The translations under genes and the position numbers were made by a program. From NCBI GenBank assembly GCA_021845595.1, contig JAJZVV010000006.1, forward strand, positions 84,361 through 148,360: a DNA stretch of 64,000 nt, given 5' to 3'. The DNA comes from Pseudomonadota bacterium (lineage in GTDB: Bacteria; Pseudomonadota; Alphaproteobacteria; Acetobacterales; Acetobacteraceae). Positions 9,448 through 18,785 of this stretch are shown here, piece by piece. The notes under the pieces were generated by a model. It was not told the DNA's origin, searched no databases, and saw only the letters and a program-made list of their open reading frames with translations. The first letter of the stretch is position 1, and each line of letters opens with the position of its first letter.

Positions 9448-10278
9448 TCATGCCGCGAGCCAAAGCGCGCCCTCCTGGCGGGCGCGTCCCTCGGCCTGGA
9501 GCTTGAGCAGATGTGCCAGCACGTTGCGTTCGGCGGCGCGGCGCAGCAGCGGGTCGAGCTTCGAGTAGAGCCGGTCCATCAGCGCGAACGTATCCGCCGG
9601 CCCGTCGCGCAGCGCCGCCGCGATCGCCCCCTCGCGCATCACGCGGTGGGTGAGCAGATCGCGCACGAACCCGGTCGGGCTGGTCAGGGCCGGGCCGTGA
9701 CCGGCCAGATAGACACTGTCGTCGCGCGTCAGCAGCCGCCGCAGACTGGCGAAATAGGCGCCCATGTCCCCGCCCGGCGGGCTGACGACGGAGGTCGACC
9801 AGGCCATGACGTGGTCGGCGCTGAACAGCACGCCGTCCCGGCGGGCGAAGCAGAGATGGTCGCTGGCGTGACCCGGCGTGTGCACCGCGACGAGGCCGGC
9901 GATCTCGTCGCCGTCGTCGAGGGGAATGTCCGGAACGAAGCCGGGATCGCCGCTGATCCGGTAGCCGGCCGTCGGCGCCCCGGTCGCCGCCTGCAGCGCG
10001 GCGGTGGCGCCGAGATGGTCGCGATGCGTGTGGCTGAGGAGGATGGTGGCGACCTTGCCCCCGGTGGCGGCCATGACCGCCGCGACATGCGCGGCGTCAT
10101 CCGGTCCCGGGTCGAGCACGACGAGGCCGTCGGCGGTCTCGATCAGATAGGTGTTGGTGCCGTGATAGGTCATCGGTCCCGGGTTGGCCGCGACGACGCG
10201 GCGGATGCCGGCGACGCCCTCGGGCAGAACCGCGTGCGGCACGCCGCGCGCGGGAACCTCCTCCGTCAAGAAAGCCAT
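9448..10278 (-). CDS. MBL-fold metallo-hydrolase
   Basis: 276 aa with the HxHxDH motif (LLSHTHRDHLGA) and a downstream HTPGH. Confidence 0.85.
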   Translation of the reverse strand: MAFLTEEVPARGVPHAVLPEGVAGIRRVVAANPGPMTYHGTNTYLIETADGLVVLDPGPDDAAHVAAVMAATGGKVATILLSHTHRDHLGATAALQAATGAPTAGYRISGDPGFVPDIPLDDGDEIAGLVAVHTPGHASDHLCFARRDGVLFSADHVMAWSTSVVSPPGGDMGAYFASLRRLLTRDDSVYLAGHGPALTSPTGFVRDLLTHRVMREGAIAAALRDGPADTFALMDRLYSKLDPLLRRAAERNVLAHLLKLQAEGRARQEGALWLAA

Positions 10279-10322
10279 CGCCTCTCCTTACCCGCCCGGG
10301 CTTTCCTACCCCAGGACTGCTG

Positions 10323-11159
10323 TCACCCGAGCGTCGCGTCCGCACTCATGCATATGGCGCCGAGATGGTCGCGCGTCTCAAGTCGCACAACCCCGGCCAT
10401 CGGGATACCCACCAGCGTCAGGGCGTTGCCGCCGAAGGCGGGGCGCAGGCCGCGATAGGCCAGACGCGCGAGCCGGGCCTCGGGGCGATGGCGGCGCAGC
10501 AGATCCGCCAGCAGGGTCGCCTGCAGCGGCCCGTGCACGACCAGCCCGGGATAGGCCTCGACGCGGGTGACGTAATCCAGGTCGTAGTGGATGCGGTGGC
10601 CATTGCCGGTCAGCGCCGAATAGCGGAACAGCAGCACGGGATCGGGCGTCAGGCTGCGGGTGAAGGCCTCGGCCGGCGGCGCCGGCGCCGGTTCGGCCGT
10701 GGCCACCGCCGCGGCCTCGCCGCCGCGATAGACGATGTCGTGCTCCTCGGCCAGCGCCACGCCCTCGCTGGTGCTGATCTCGTAGCCGACGGTGACGAAC
10801 ACGAGCCGCCCGGAGCGGCCGGACTTCTCCTCCACCCGGAGGATGGTGCCGGCGCGTCGCACCCTTTCGCCGATGCGGATCGGCGCACGGAACTCCACCC
10901 GCCCGCCGGCCCACATGCGCCGCGGCAGATCATCCACCGGCGGCAGGAACCCGCCGCGCCGCGGATGGCCGTCCGCGCCCAGCGCCTCCGGCTTCGCCCA
11001 GGTCTGGAACAGCGCCCAGTGCCAGAGCGGCGGCAGCGCCCCGTCCGGCGCCGCGGTGGCGGCATCGAGCCCGAGGCTGGCGGCGAGGCGCTCGACCAGC
11101 TCCGCCGGCACGACGTCCTCGCGCGTCTCGGTGCGCCCGACCCACGCCTCATAGCTCAT
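10323..11159 (-). CDS. MaoC/hotdog-fold acyl dehydratase family protein
   Basis: The C-terminal hotdog signature FRYSALTGNGHRIHYD is present, with an N-terminal FAS1-like dehydratase-type region. The start is taken at ATG 11159 (MSYEAWVGR). Confidence 0.7.
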   Translation of the reverse strand: MSYEAWVGRTETREDVVPAELVERLAASLGLDAATAAPDGALPPLWHWALFQTWAKPEALGADGHPRRGGFLPPVDDLPRRMWAGGRVEFRAPIRIGERVRRAGTILRVEEKSGRSGRLVFVTVGYEISTSEGVALAEEHDIVYRGGEAAAVATAEPAPAPPAEAFTRSLTPDPVLLFRYSALTGNGHRIHYDLDYVTRVEAYPGLVVHGPLQATLLADLLRRHRPEARLARLAYRGLRPAFGGNALTLVGIPMAGVVRLETRDHLGAICMSADATLG

Positions 11160-11274
11160 GCCAACCCCCTTCGGCGCGACCACTTCCCAAGCTGAACAGT
11201 CATGTCCTAAAGACGCTTGGCGCAGGCAGGGTTTTGCTGCATTGCGGCGGTTTCAGCAAGTAAGGGGGCGGATC

Positions 11275-12306
11275 ATGGGCTACAGGGTCGCGGTCGTCGG
11301 GGCCACCGGGGCGGTCGGGCGCGAAATGCTCAAGACCGTCGCCGAGCGCGGCTTTCCGGCCGACGAGGTGATCGCGCTCGCCTCCGGCCGCTCCGCCGGC
11401 ACCGAGGTCTCCTTCGGCGAGAGGCGCGTGCTGAAGGTGCAGAATCTGGAGACATTCGACTTCGCTGGCGTCGATATCGGCCTGTTCAGCCCCGGCGCCG
11501 CGGTTTCCGCCGTGCACGCCCCGCGCGCCGCCGCCGCCGGCTGCGTCGTCATCGACAATACCAGCCAGTTCCGCATGGAACCGGACGTGCCGCTGGTGGT
11601 GCCCGAGGTCAATCCGCATCACCTCGCCCGCTTCCGCGCCCGCAACATCATCGCCAACCCGAACTGCAGCACCATCCAGATGGTGGTCGCGCTGAAGCCG
11701 CTGCACGACCGCTTCAAGGTCCGGCGCGTCGTCGTCTCGACCTACCAGTCGGTCTCCGGCGCGGGCAAGGAGGCGATGGACGAGCTGTTCAACCACACGC
11801 GCGCCACCTTCGTGCACGAGCAGCCGGCGCCGGAGCAGTTCACCAAGGAGATCGCCTTCAACTGCATCCCGCAGATCGACCGCTTCATGGATGACGGCGC
11901 CACCAAGGAAGAGTGGAAGATGACGGTGGAGACGCGGAAGATCCTCGATCCGGATATCGCGGTGGTGGCCACCTGTGTGCGCGTGCCGGTGTTCATCGGC
12001 CATGGCGAGGCGGTGCATGTCGAGTTCGAGCGCCCGGTCGATATCGCCGCCGCCCGCGAGGCGCTGCGCGCGGCGCCGGGGGTGAGCCTCGTCGACCGGC
12101 GGGAGGATGGCGGCTATGTCACCCCGCTCGAATGCCAGGGCGAGGACGCGGTGTTCGTCAGCCGCCTGCGCCGCGACCCGACGGTGGCCAACGGCCTCGC
12201 CTTCTGGTGCGTCGCCGACAATCTGCGCAAGGGCGCGGCGCTGAACGCGGTGCAGATCGCGGAGACGCTGGTGGCCCAGGGGATGCTGCAGAAGCAGGCC
12301 GCGTAG
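11275..12306 (+). CDS. asd: Aspartate-semialdehyde dehydrogenase
   Basis: MGYRVAVVGATGAVGREML, the active-site block IIANPNCSTIQMV, and STYQSVSGAGK are present. ATG 11275 is preceded by AAGGGGG. Confidence 0.95.
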   Translation: MGYRVAVVGATGAVGREMLKTVAERGFPADEVIALASGRSAGTEVSFGERRVLKVQNLETFDFAGVDIGLFSPGAAVSAVHAPRAAAAGCVVIDNTSQFRMEPDVPLVVPEVNPHHLARFRARNIIANPNCSTIQMVVALKPLHDRFKVRRVVVSTYQSVSGAGKEAMDELFNHTRATFVHEQPAPEQFTKEIAFNCIPQIDRFMDDGATKEEWKMTVETRKILDPDIAVVATCVRVPVFIGHGEAVHVEFERPVDIAAAREALRAAPGVSLVDRREDGGYVTPLECQGEDAVFVSRLRRDPTVANGLAFWCVADNLRKGAALNAVQIAETLVAQGMLQKQAA

Positions 12307-12312
12307 CGGCAG

Positions 12313-13275
12313 CTAAGCGTCGCCGTCCCGGCCCCCTTGCCGGCCGACGGTGACGCCGGCCCAGGGCTCGATATGCTTGATCAGGGCGGTGAAATCCTGA
12401 TCCGGCCCGCCCTGGCCGAGGGCGTGGGTCCACATCTGCTTCACCGCCGCGCCGATCCACATCGGGAAATGCTGCGCCTCCGCTTCCGCGAGGCAGAGAT
12501 CGACATCCTTGGCCATCAGCCCGAGCGCGAAGCCGTGGTCGAAGCGCCGGTTGAGGATCGAGCGTGGGAACTTGTCCACGCTCGCGGTATTGCGGCCGCT
12601 GCCGGCGTTGATGACGTCGATCATCACGAACGGATCGAGCCCGGCCTTCACGCCGAGCACCACCGCCTCCGATGTCGCGGCGATGGCGGTGGCCGAGAGC
12701 AGGTTGTTCACCAGCTTCATCGTCTGCGCCAGGCCCGGCGCCTCGCCGATCTCGAACACGCGGCCGAAGACGCCGAGCACGGGCGTCAGCGCCGCGCGCA
12801 GGGCCGCCGGCGCGGCCAGCATCACCGCCAGGCTGCCGGCGCGCGCCCCGGCCACGCCGCCGCTGACCGGCGAATCGGCCATGGCGACGCCGTGCCGGGC
12901 GAGTTCGGCGGCGATCTCGCGCGTCGTCCGCGGGCCGGTGGTGGAGAGATCGACGAACACCCGCCGCCGCGTCCCCGCCAGCACGCCGTCCGCGCCGAGC
13001 GCCACCGCGCGCACCGCCTCGGGCCGCGGCAGGCTGGCGAGCACCAGCTCCGCCGCGCTCGCGACCTCGGCGGCGCTGGCGGCGAGCTCGGCGCCGCGAT
13101 CGGCGATGGCCCGCGCCGCCGCCGGGTCGCGGTCGTGGGCAATCACCTCATGCCCGGCGGCGATCAGGCGGGAGGCCATCGGCAGGCCCATGTTGCCGAT
13201 GCCGATGAAGCCGATGCGGCGCGTGTCGAGCGCACTGACATCGATCGCCGAAGCGTCGGTCGCTGGCGTGTCCAT
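12313..13275 (-). CDS. NAD(P)-dependent beta-hydroxyacid dehydrogenase (3-hydroxyisobutyrate dehydrogenase family)
   Basis: It has the Rossmann motif IGFIGIGNMGLPMASRL, plus SPVSGG and MKLVNNLL blocks typical of HIBADH/TSAR family enzymes. The start is taken at ATG 13275. Confidence 0.8.
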   Translation of the reverse strand: MDTPATDASAIDVSALDTRRIGFIGIGNMGLPMASRLIAAGHEVIAHDRDPAAARAIADRGAELAASAAEVASAAELVLASLPRPEAVRAVALGADGVLAGTRRRVFVDLSTTGPRTTREIAAELARHGVAMADSPVSGGVAGARAGSLAVMLAAPAALRAALTPVLGVFGRVFEIGEAPGLAQTMKLVNNLLSATAIAATSEAVVLGVKAGLDPFVMIDVINAGSGRNTASVDKFPRSILNRRFDHGFALGLMAKDVDLCLAEAEAQHFPMWIGAAVKQMWTHALGQGGPDQDFTALIKHIEPWAGVTVGRQGGRDGDA

Positions 13276-13401
13276 GGCTGACGGTCCCTCCCACGATGGC
13301 CTGGCGCCCATCATGCCGGGAAGCGGCATGGGCGCCAAGCCGGCCGGGCGGCGCGGGGCGATGGTCGTGGCGCTTTGTGATCAAGGTGTTCCAGGCTATG
13401 A

Positions 13402-15912
13402 TTGCTGCAGTCTACGAGACTCCGCCCCCGCATCTGCCTCGGACACCGCACTTCCATGGCCAGCATCGCCCGCTCCCGACCCGATCTGCGGCGTTTCGTT
13501 CCAACCGCGCCATTGCGTCCGGAGGGACCGGGCGGGCGGCTGCGCGCCGAAATGCGCCGCCGGCTGGCGGAGTTCGGCGGGCTGCTGCTCGGGCTGGCCG
13601 GCATCGTCGTGATCGTCGCGCTGGTTTCCTACGATCCGCACGACCCCTCGCTCGACACCGCCTCGGCCGGCGCGGTGCACAACCTCGCCGGGCCGGCGGG
13701 GGCGCTGATCTCGGATCTGCTGCTGCAGGGCTTCGGCATCGCCGGCGCCTTGCCGCCGCTGGCGATGCTGGCCTGGGCCTGGCGCATCGGCGCGCGCCGC
13801 GGCCTCGGCGGCGTCGGCTGGCGGTTGCTGGCGCTGCTGCTGGCGCTGCCCGCGATCGGCGCGCTGAGCGCGCTGTCCTCGGGCGGCTTGGCGTCCGGCC
13901 CGCTGGCGGCGGCGTTCCGGTGGCCGACCGCGGCCGGGCCGGGGGGGATGCTCGGCGACGTGCTGGCGGCCGATCTGGCCGCGGCCGGCCGCGCGGCGCT
14001 CGGCCCGCTGGGCGTCGCCCTGGTCTGGCTCCTCGCCGCCGGGCTGGCGCTGTGTCTCACCCTGCTGGCGCTGGGCCTTTCGGTCGCCGAATGGCGCGCC
14101 GCCGCGGCGCGCACCGGCTGCCTGGTCCGGCGCATCGCCGCCGCCGTGCGCTGGACGGCGCGGCTGTTCTGGCACGGACTGCCGCTGCCCGTCGCGGCGA
14201 TTTCCCGTCTCCTGCGGCCCTTCTCGGCCGCGGAGCCGCCTGCCGCCGAGCCGCCATTCTCGCCGGCTGAACGTCCCCTGCCTGAACGTCCCCTGCCTGA
14301 ACGCCCCCTGCCTGAACGTCCCGCAGCCGCCGCGCCGGCGCCCACCATCCGCACCGTGCGGCCGCGCCGGCCGGCGACGCAGGAGGCACTGCCGCTCGGC
14401 GATGCGAGCTGGCAATTCCCCTCCCTCGCCCTGCTCCAGGCCGCGCCACACCGCGCCAGCACCGGGCCCAGCGCCGATGCGCTGGAGGCCAACGCGCGCC
14501 TGCTGGAGACCGTGCTCGCCGATTACGGTGTCCAGGGCGCGATTCGCGAGATCCGCCCCGGGCCGGTGGTGACGCTCTACGAGCTCGAACCGGCGCCCGG
14601 CATCCGCAGCGCCCGCGTCATCGGCCTCGCCGACGACGTCGCCCGCTCGCTCTCGGTCACCGCCGTGCGCATCGCCACCGTGCCGGGGCGCAACGCCATC
14701 GGCATCGAGGTGCCGAACGCGAAGCGCGAGACGGTGTTTCTCAGCGAACTGCTCGGCGCGGAGGAATGGCAGCGCCATTCCGGCCGCCTCGCCCTCGCCC
14801 TCGGCAAGGACATCAGCGGCAGCCCGGTGATCGCCGACCTCGCCCGCATGCCGCATCTGCTGATCGCCGGCACCACCGGCTCGGGCAAGTCGGTCGGCGT
14901 CAACGCCATGATCCTGAGCCTGCTCTACCGGCTCTCGCCCGAGCAGTGCCGGCTGATCATGATCGATCCGAAAATGCTCGAACTCTCGGTCTATGAGGGC
15001 ATCCCGCATCTGATGGCGCCGGTGGTGACCGAGCCGGCCAAGGCGGTGACGGCGCTGAAATGGGTGGTGCGCGAGATGGAGCGCCGCTACCGCGCCATGA
15101 GCCAGCTCGCCGTGCGCAACATCGGCGGCTACAACGAGCGCGTCGAGCAGGCCCGCGCCCGCGGCGAGGTCGTGACGAGGCGGGTGCAGACCGGCTTCGA
15201 CCCGGAGACCGCCAGGCCGGTGTTCGAGGAAAGCCCGCTCGCCCTTGAACCGCTGCCCTTCATCGTCGTCGTCATCGACGAAATGGCCGACCTGATGATG
15301 GTCGCCGGCAAGGACATCGAGACCGCGGTGCAGCGCCTGGCGCAGATGGCGCGCGCGGCGGGCATCCACGTCATCATGGCGACGCAGCGGCCCTCGGTGG
15401 ACGTCATCACCGGCACGATCAAGGCCAATTTCCCCACCCGGATCAGCTTCCAGGTGATCAGCAAGTTCGACAGCCGCACCATCCTCGGCGAGCAGGGCGC
15501 CGAACAGCTGCTCGGCCAGGGCGACATGCTCTACATGGCCGGCGGCGGGCGCATCACCCGCACCCACGGCCCCTTCGTCACCGACCGCGAGGTGGAGGAC
15601 GTCGTCGCCTTCCTGCGCAGCCAGGGCGAGCCGCACTATCTCGAAGAGGTCACCGAGGCGGACGAGGACGACGGCGCGGCGCTGCCCGGGCTCGCCAGCG
15701 CGAGCGAGGGGGAGCGGACGCTGTTCGACCAGGCGGTGGCGCTGGTGGCGCGCGAGGGCAAGGCGAGCACGAGCTTCATCCAGCGCCATCTGCAGATCGG
15801 CTACAACCGCGCCGCCCGCCTGATCGAGCAGATGGAGAAGGAAGGCATCGTCGGCCCCGCCAACCATGTCGGCAAGCGCGAGGTGCTGGCGCGGCACACC
15901 GATCTGGACTGA
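13402..15912 (+). CDS. ftsK: DNA translocase FtsK
   Basis: It has N-terminal TM helices and a Pro-rich linker with (ERPLP)n. The motor domain carries Walker A (IAGTTGSGKS). A C-terminal gamma wHTH domain is present (SFIQRHLQIGYNRAARLIEQME). The true start may be ATG 13456 (MASIARS). Confidence 0.93.
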   Translation: MLQSTRLRPRICLGHRTSMASIARSRPDLRRFVPTAPLRPEGPGGRLRAEMRRRLAEFGGLLLGLAGIVVIVALVSYDPHDPSLDTASAGAVHNLAGPAGALISDLLLQGFGIAGALPPLAMLAWAWRIGARRGLGGVGWRLLALLLALPAIGALSALSSGGLASGPLAAAFRWPTAAGPGGMLGDVLAADLAAAGRAALGPLGVALVWLLAAGLALCLTLLALGLSVAEWRAAAARTGCLVRRIAAAVRWTARLFWHGLPLPVAAISRLLRPFSAAEPPAAEPPFSPAERPLPERPLPERPLPERPAAAAPAPTIRTVRPRRPATQEALPLGDASWQFPSLALLQAAPHRASTGPSADALEANARLLETVLADYGVQGAIREIRPGPVVTLYELEPAPGIRSARVIGLADDVARSLSVTAVRIATVPGRNAIGIEVPNAKRETVFLSELLGAEEWQRHSGRLALALGKDISGSPVIADLARMPHLLIAGTTGSGKSVGVNAMILSLLYRLSPEQCRLIMIDPKMLELSVYEGIPHLMAPVVTEPAKAVTALKWVVREMERRYRAMSQLAVRNIGGYNERVEQARARGEVVTRRVQTGFDPETARPVFEESPLALEPLPFIVVVIDEMADLMMVAGKDIETAVQRLAQMARAAGIHVIMATQRPSVDVITGTIKANFPTRISFQVISKFDSRTILGEQGAEQLLGQGDMLYMAGGGRITRTHGPFVTDREVEDVVAFLRSQGEPHYLEEVTEADEDDGAALPGLASASEGERTLFDQAVALVAREGKASTSFIQRHLQIGYNRAARLIEQMEKEGIVGPANHVGKREVLARHTDLD
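14269..14322 (+). repeat. 15-nt in-frame tandem repeat (about 3.5 copies) in the FtsK linker
   Basis: gaacgtcccctgcct x2, then gaacgccccctgcct, then a partial copy. The repeat encodes ERPLPERPLPERPLPERP. Confidence 0.85.
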
Positions 15913-16103
15913 CGCCGGCCTTCAGGCCCGACCCCACCCACGGCCGTCACGGAATTTCCACCACGAGCACGGACGCTAACAGATTTATTGTGTGCGGACC
16001 CACCAAGACAATCGACTTGAGTATATTGACTATAGCAGTAGCTGAATTATGGGTTTGTTCATAAATCCAGTCTGTGATAATCGTACCTGAAGGGGAACCC
16101 CAG

Positions 16104-17888
16104 ATGTCCTCGTCCCTCGCCACCTTCGCGACCGAGACCGTGGCCGGCGGCGCTGCCTTTCCGGCAGGAACAACCCTCTATCTTCCGTCCGATGGCGGCG
16201 CGCTGCCGGCCCTCTCGGCCCTGGAACTGGCCGCCGCCAACGGCTCCCTGAACTCGACCACCGATGCCGTTCTGGCCGCTGCGGTCTCCGGCAAAACGAA
16301 CGAGCTCCTGGTCGAGAGTGGCACCGCCGTTCACGTCCCGACCGGATACACCCAGATCGCCGACCTCTCGACGACGTCGGCGCCCACGATTTTCACCAAC
16401 GGAAACACGGCGACCACCGTCCTCGGCGGGCTCTCCGGCATGACGGTTTGGGACAGCAGTCTCGGTGAATCGGTCTTCACGGGCGGCGGCGACAACGTCA
16501 TCGGCTTGTCCGCAACCGTGTCAGAGCTGCTCTATGCCGACCTGTCCGGAGCCAGTGACGTTGTCGCCTTTGGCTACGGCGAAGGCAGCGTCACCGGCGG
16601 CGGAGCTTCGAACGTCATCTGGGGTTCGGGCACCAATGGCGTGAGCAACATGAATGTCAACCTGGTCCGTGGCTCGTCCACCGTGATGGCCGGGATTGGG
16701 ACGAACACCATCGACCTCGGCGGCACCAACGACGTGATTTTCGGCGGTGGCGGCACGAATAACGACACTATCAGCGGTGCCAATGACATTTTCGTCGGCG
16801 GGGCGGGGCCATCCACCGTGACTGCGGGTGCGAGCGACGTCATCTTCGCCGGCTCGAACACCATGACCGCGAACATCAACGGCGCTGGGGCAATTTTTGT
16901 CGGCAACACCGGGAATGACACCATCAATGCCGGCACGGGTGTAACGGGCTGGGGTGGCCTCGGGACGATGGAATTCATCGTCAATAATAGCCAGGCCACG
17001 ATTGTCGGCGGGCAAGGGTCCACAATGGTCTATCAGGCCGGCAGCACCAGTGTCGGCACCTATTTCAACAACGGTTCCGGCGTCATGACGGTCAACGGCG
17101 GTATCAACAGTACCGGTGGAACGATTGTCGAGAGATGGGCTGGGGCCGGCGGCATGCTTGTGGACGCCAGCACCAGTACGGGCGATACTATCGTCATGAC
17201 CGAAGGGAACGACACGGTCTGGGCAGGAACGGCTTTGAATGGAACGATGTATTACAATGGTAGCTTCCCGATACAGCCGAACAATGACACGATCAATTTT
17301 TACGGCAACGCCTCCGGAAGCATATTGTCCGGACAAGGCAATATAATTGGACTCGAAAGCAGCGGAAATGTGACTGTGAATGACTCCAATATCTCGGCTA
17401 GCAACGTGAATGGGATTATGTCTGGACATAATCTGATTGACGCACAGAATGCGACCGGGTCCGTCGACATCACGTTCTCTATCCTGGGTGATACGGTCAT
17501 CGGTGGTGCCGGCAGCAATACCTACACGCCTTTTGTTCCATCGACGTCAACTACGTCCCTGAATGGGGATGTCGAATCGGTATCTTTCGGAACCGGGATC
17601 AACAACCTGGTGCTGAATTCGAACAATACTGGAGTTGGAACAACTCTCGATGTCTACAATTTCAACCCAAATCGCGATAATATTGAGTTTATTGGGTTGA
17701 CTAACACGTCCCTGGCGCAGGAAGCGGCGACAATGGCCGAGCAGAACCTCGTCATGCCGAATGGCCAGGACAAGGCGTCGACGTTCTTCATTACGAATGC
17801 GCTGACCGTCGACCTCTATGCCGGGCCGTCGGCTTCATCGCTGACACCGATGTCGAGCATCGTCGCATCGCATTTCGTTACCGCCTGA
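16104..17888 (+). CDS. Cys-free, acidic Gly/Thr/Asn/Ser-rich repeat protein (beta-roll/beta-helix-like; possible type I secretion substrate) in a lower-GC islet
   Basis: 594 aa counted from ATG 16104, which is preceded by GAAGGGGA. There is no signal peptide, no Cys, and very few Lys/Arg. It carries degenerate nonapeptide-like repeats (GGGDNVIGL, GGTNDVIFGGGGTNNDTISGANDIFVGG, GNTGNDTINAGTG). The upstream region is AT-rich, and GC falls markedly toward the 3' half of the gene. Confidence 0.65.
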   Translation: MSSSLATFATETVAGGAAFPAGTTLYLPSDGGALPALSALELAAANGSLNSTTDAVLAAAVSGKTNELLVESGTAVHVPTGYTQIADLSTTSAPTIFTNGNTATTVLGGLSGMTVWDSSLGESVFTGGGDNVIGLSATVSELLYADLSGASDVVAFGYGEGSVTGGGASNVIWGSGTNGVSNMNVNLVRGSSTVMAGIGTNTIDLGGTNDVIFGGGGTNNDTISGANDIFVGGAGPSTVTAGASDVIFAGSNTMTANINGAGAIFVGNTGNDTINAGTGVTGWGGLGTMEFIVNNSQATIVGGQGSTMVYQAGSTSVGTYFNNGSGVMTVNGGINSTGGTIVERWAGAGGMLVDASTSTGDTIVMTEGNDTVWAGTALNGTMYYNGSFPIQPNNDTINFYGNASGSILSGQGNIIGLESSGNVTVNDSNISASNVNGIMSGHNLIDAQNATGSVDITFSILGDTVIGGAGSNTYTPFVPSTSTTSLNGDVESVSFGTGINNLVLNSNNTGVGTTLDVYNFNPNRDNIEFIGLTNTSLAQEAATMAEQNLVMPNGQDKASTFFITNALTVDLYAGPSASSLTPMSSIVASHFVTA

Positions 17889-17916
17889 TAGGTGGCCTCG
17901 CCGGGGGGCGCCGGTC

Positions 17917-18597
17917 TCAGAACACCTCGGGCCAGGTCTCGCGCAGCGCCCGATCCACGTCCGCGAGCGTCGCCGCGCGGCCGAGGGCGGCCAGGCTCGT
18001 CACGCCGTGCTCGGCGATGCCGCAGGGCACGATGCCGGCGAAATGGGAGAGATCGGGCGCCACGTTCAGCGCCACGCCGTGCCAGCTCACCCAGCGGCTG
18101 ACGCGCACGCCGATGGCGCCGATCTTCGCTTCCGCCCCGCTCGCCGCATCCACCACCCAGATGCCCACCCGGCCCTGCCGCCGCTCACCGCGCACGTCGA
18201 AGCGCGCCAGGGTGCGGATCAGCCATTCCTCCAGCCCCCAGACATAGGCGCGGAGGTCCCGCGCGCGCACCTGGCCGTGGGCATGCTCGAGATCGAGCAG
18301 GACATAGGCGGTGCGCTGGCCGGGGCCGTGATAGGTCCACTGCCCGCCGCGCCCTGCGGCATAGGTCGGGAACCGGTCCGGCGCGCGCAGATCCTCCGGG
18401 CGCGCCGAGGTGCCGGCGGTGTAGAGCGGCGGATGCTCCAGCAGCCAGACCAGCTCCGCCGCCGTCCCGGCGCGGATCGAAGCCGCCCGCTCGCGCATCG
18501 CCGCCAGCGCCTCCGGGTAGGCGACCCGGCCCGGCGCGACGCGCCATTCAGGACCGCCCGTCATCCGCGCGGCGGTGATTGATGCCGGCGCAGCCAT
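17917..18597 (-). CDS. lipB: Octanoyltransferase (lipoyl(octanoyl) transferase)
   Basis: [35 protein letters not shown] and the catalytic-Cys block GIVPCGI are present. The start may be the internal ATG at 18564. Confidence 0.9.
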   Translation of the reverse strand: MAAPASITAARMTGGPEWRVAPGRVAYPEALAAMRERAASIRAGTAAELVWLLEHPPLYTAGTSARPEDLRAPDRFPTYAAGRGGQWTYHGPGQRTAYVLLDLEHAHGQVRARDLRAYVWGLEEWLIRTLARFDVRGERRQGRVGIWVVDAASGAEAKIGAIGVRVSRWVSWHGVALNVAPDLSHFAGIVPCGIAEHGVTSLAALGRAATLADVDRALRETWPEVF

Positions 18598-18643
18598 CGG
18601 CTATATGCCCCCACCTCCCGGCGCATGGCGCCGGTCCCACGGT

Positions 18644-18729
18644 GCGGTCGTGGCGGAATGGTAGACGCGCAAGCTTGAGGTGCTTGTGGGGGAAACCCCG
18701 TGGAAGTTCGAGTCTTCTCGACCGCACCA
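18644..18729 (+). tRNA. tRNA-Leu (anticodon GAG)
   Basis: GCGGTCGTGGCGGAATGGTAGACGCGCAAGCTTGAGGTGCTTGTGGGGGAAACCCCGTGGAAGTTCGAGTCTTCTCGACCGCACCA. It is a type II tRNA with a long variable arm, anticodon loop TTGAGGT, acceptor stem GCGGTCG/CGACCGC, and an encoded CCA. Confidence 0.92.
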
Positions 18730-18785
18730 CTTCCTCTCCCGGCCGTTCGCTGGCATTGCTTGCATCGCAACCGGGAAGATGGGCC

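Noticed and set aside
13396-15897. 833-aa minus-strand ORF opposite ftsK; similarly 18561-21623 (1020 aa) opposite maeB, 24164-26029 opposite ligA, 26428-28185 opposite recN, and 29879-31825 opposite pyrG
   Set aside because: All are antisense shadows of genes with unambiguous catalytic motifs. Their compositions are dominated by R, G, A, P, D, H runs.
15913-18729. tRNA-associated genomic island or prophage at the lower-GC islet near tRNA-Leu
   Set aside because: There is no integrase, transposase or phage gene, and no direct repeat of the tRNA 3' end. lipB separates the islet from the tRNA, and the tRNA 3' end faces away from the islet.
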